From Verrucomicrobiota bacterium (GTDB lineage Bacteria > Verrucomicrobiota > Verrucomicrobiia > Limisphaerales > UBA8199), in assembly GCA_049518415.1 (NCBI GenBank), contig JBEKRX010000010.1, positions 14,964 through 78,963 of the forward strand: a stretch of 64,000 bases of DNA, in the 5' to 3' direction. The notes under the pieces are model-generated. The model saw only the letters and a program-made list of their open reading frames with translations. It made no database searches and was not told the DNA's origin. Each line of letters begins with the position of its first letter. Position 1 is the first letter of the stretch. This document shows positions 63,314 to 64,000 of this stretch, piece by piece. A program made the translations under genes and the position numbers.

Positions 63314-64000
63314 GGTATGCGTATTTTCCAGGGTGCTCGGCTGAATCCACGGCCCAGGACATGCACCAATCCACTTTGGCGGTGGCGCGGGCGCTGGGAA
63401 TTGACCTGGTTGAACCCAAAGGCTGGACGTGCTGCGGCGCGACCGCCGCCCACCAGACCGATCCTTTCCTGGCTGTGTCGTTGCCCGCCGCCAATATGGC
63501 CAAAGTCCAGGACATGAAACTGGACATGGTGGTTAATTGCGCCGCCTGCTTCAACCGCATGAAAGTGGCCAACCACCAAATCGCGGCTCATCCAGCCATG
63601 CGCCAGCAGGTCAGCGAGGCGCTGGAGCGGGATTATGACGGCTCGGTCAAAGTGCGGCATTTCCTCGAAGTGCTCCTGGACGACGTGGGACTGAAGGCAA
63701 TCTCCCGCGCCGTTAAGCATTCACTGAAGGACCTCAAGGTGGCTTGCTACTACGGGTGCCTGCTGGTCCGGCCGCCCAAGATTTTGAAATTCGACGACCC
63801 AGAAAATCCGACGTCCCTTGACCGGCTGGTCAAAGCGATGGGCGGCCAGAGCCTGGACTGGCCGTGCAAGGTCGAATGTTGCGGCGGCGGGTTGTCGCTT
63901 TCCCGAACGGATGTGGTGGTGCAGCTCACGGATTCGATTCTCGACATGGCCTGCCAGACGGGTGCCGACTGTATCGCGGTCAGTTGCCCTATGTGTCAGG
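63310..64000 (+). CDS. HdrB-like CCG-domain subunit (3' end beyond the window)
   Basis: Not in the ORF track because it runs off the window. ATG 63310 overlaps the hdrC-like stop (ATGA). The translation is MRYAYFPGCSAESTAQD...WTCCGATAAH...NCAACFNRM...ACYYGCLLVRPP...KVECCGGGLS...AVSCPMCQ. Two CCG motifs are present. Confidence 0.75.
   Translation, partial: MRYAYFPGCSAESTAQDMHQSTLAVARALGIDLVEPKGWTCCGATAAHQTDPFLAVSLPAANMAKVQDMKLDMVVNCAACFNRMKVANHQIAAHPAMRQQVSEALERDYDGSVKVRHFLEVLLDDVGLKAISRAVKHSLKDLKVACYYGCLLVRPPKILKFDDPENPTSLDRLVKAMGGQSLDWPCKVECCGGGLSLSRTDVVVQLTDSILDMACQTGADCIAVSCPMCQ

Noticed and set aside
55446-64000. Search for HdrA (FAD GxGxxG plus multiple Fe-S) or MetV within the operon.
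   Set aside because: No ORF in the cluster shows an HdrA-like dinucleotide-binding motif or a MetV-like Cys-rich partner. They may lie beyond the window end, so their absence is not proven.

Overview
The window is 64 kb of GC-rich bacterial chromosome. It is most consistent with Verrucomicrobiota, based on a [29 protein letters not shown]-type prepilin, many secreted CAZyme-like proteins and a MoxR-DUF58-BatA operon; Planctomycetota is not excluded. Gene starts below are re-picked from the ORF track where an in-frame signal peptide, motif or ATGA coupling supports a shorter gene.

Backbone genes:
- Two PQQ/BamB-like beta-propellers, a fused ECF sigma factor and a URO-D family enzyme.
- A GT2 polyprenol-P mannosyltransferase, plus CE15 and CE1 esterases.
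- A galactofuranose glycan cluster (sugar-P transferase, glf, GT4, GT26).
- A GH27-like enzyme with a tail-fibre-like N-terminus.
- A MoxR/DUF58/BatA/VWA-PA14 operon.
- GH127, ppdK, tal and an Fe-ADH.
- Several large uncharacterised secreted proteins.
- An SDR-MFS-hydrolase-like trio.

Three non-backbone regions stand out:
1. About 7.4-11.4 kb is a visibly AT-richer islet. It carries a PIN toxin module, a single-ORF IS1-family element and orphan genes.
2. About 44.8-50.3 kb holds two roughly 1.2-kb direct-repeat modules. Each has an excisionase-like HTH gene convergent with higBA, and the operator palindrome differs between copies by a compensated substitution. The modules bracket a 5'-truncated tRNA-Gly(GCC), a dispersed roughly 200-bp repeat (a second copy lies at 4.2 kb) and cargo genes.
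3. 55.4-64.0 kb is the top candidate for a novel system and runs off the window. It is a tightly coupled seven-gene operon that joins an acetogen-type MetF, an MvhD-domain protein and HdrC/HdrB-like subunits to a split glutamate-synthase-like module. That module comprises two Fe-S/FMN-type subunits and a GATase-II+GXGXG fusion. No HdrA or MetV is visible.

No rRNA, intact tRNA or CRISPR array was found. Many long antisense ORFs in the track are GC-driven artefacts.
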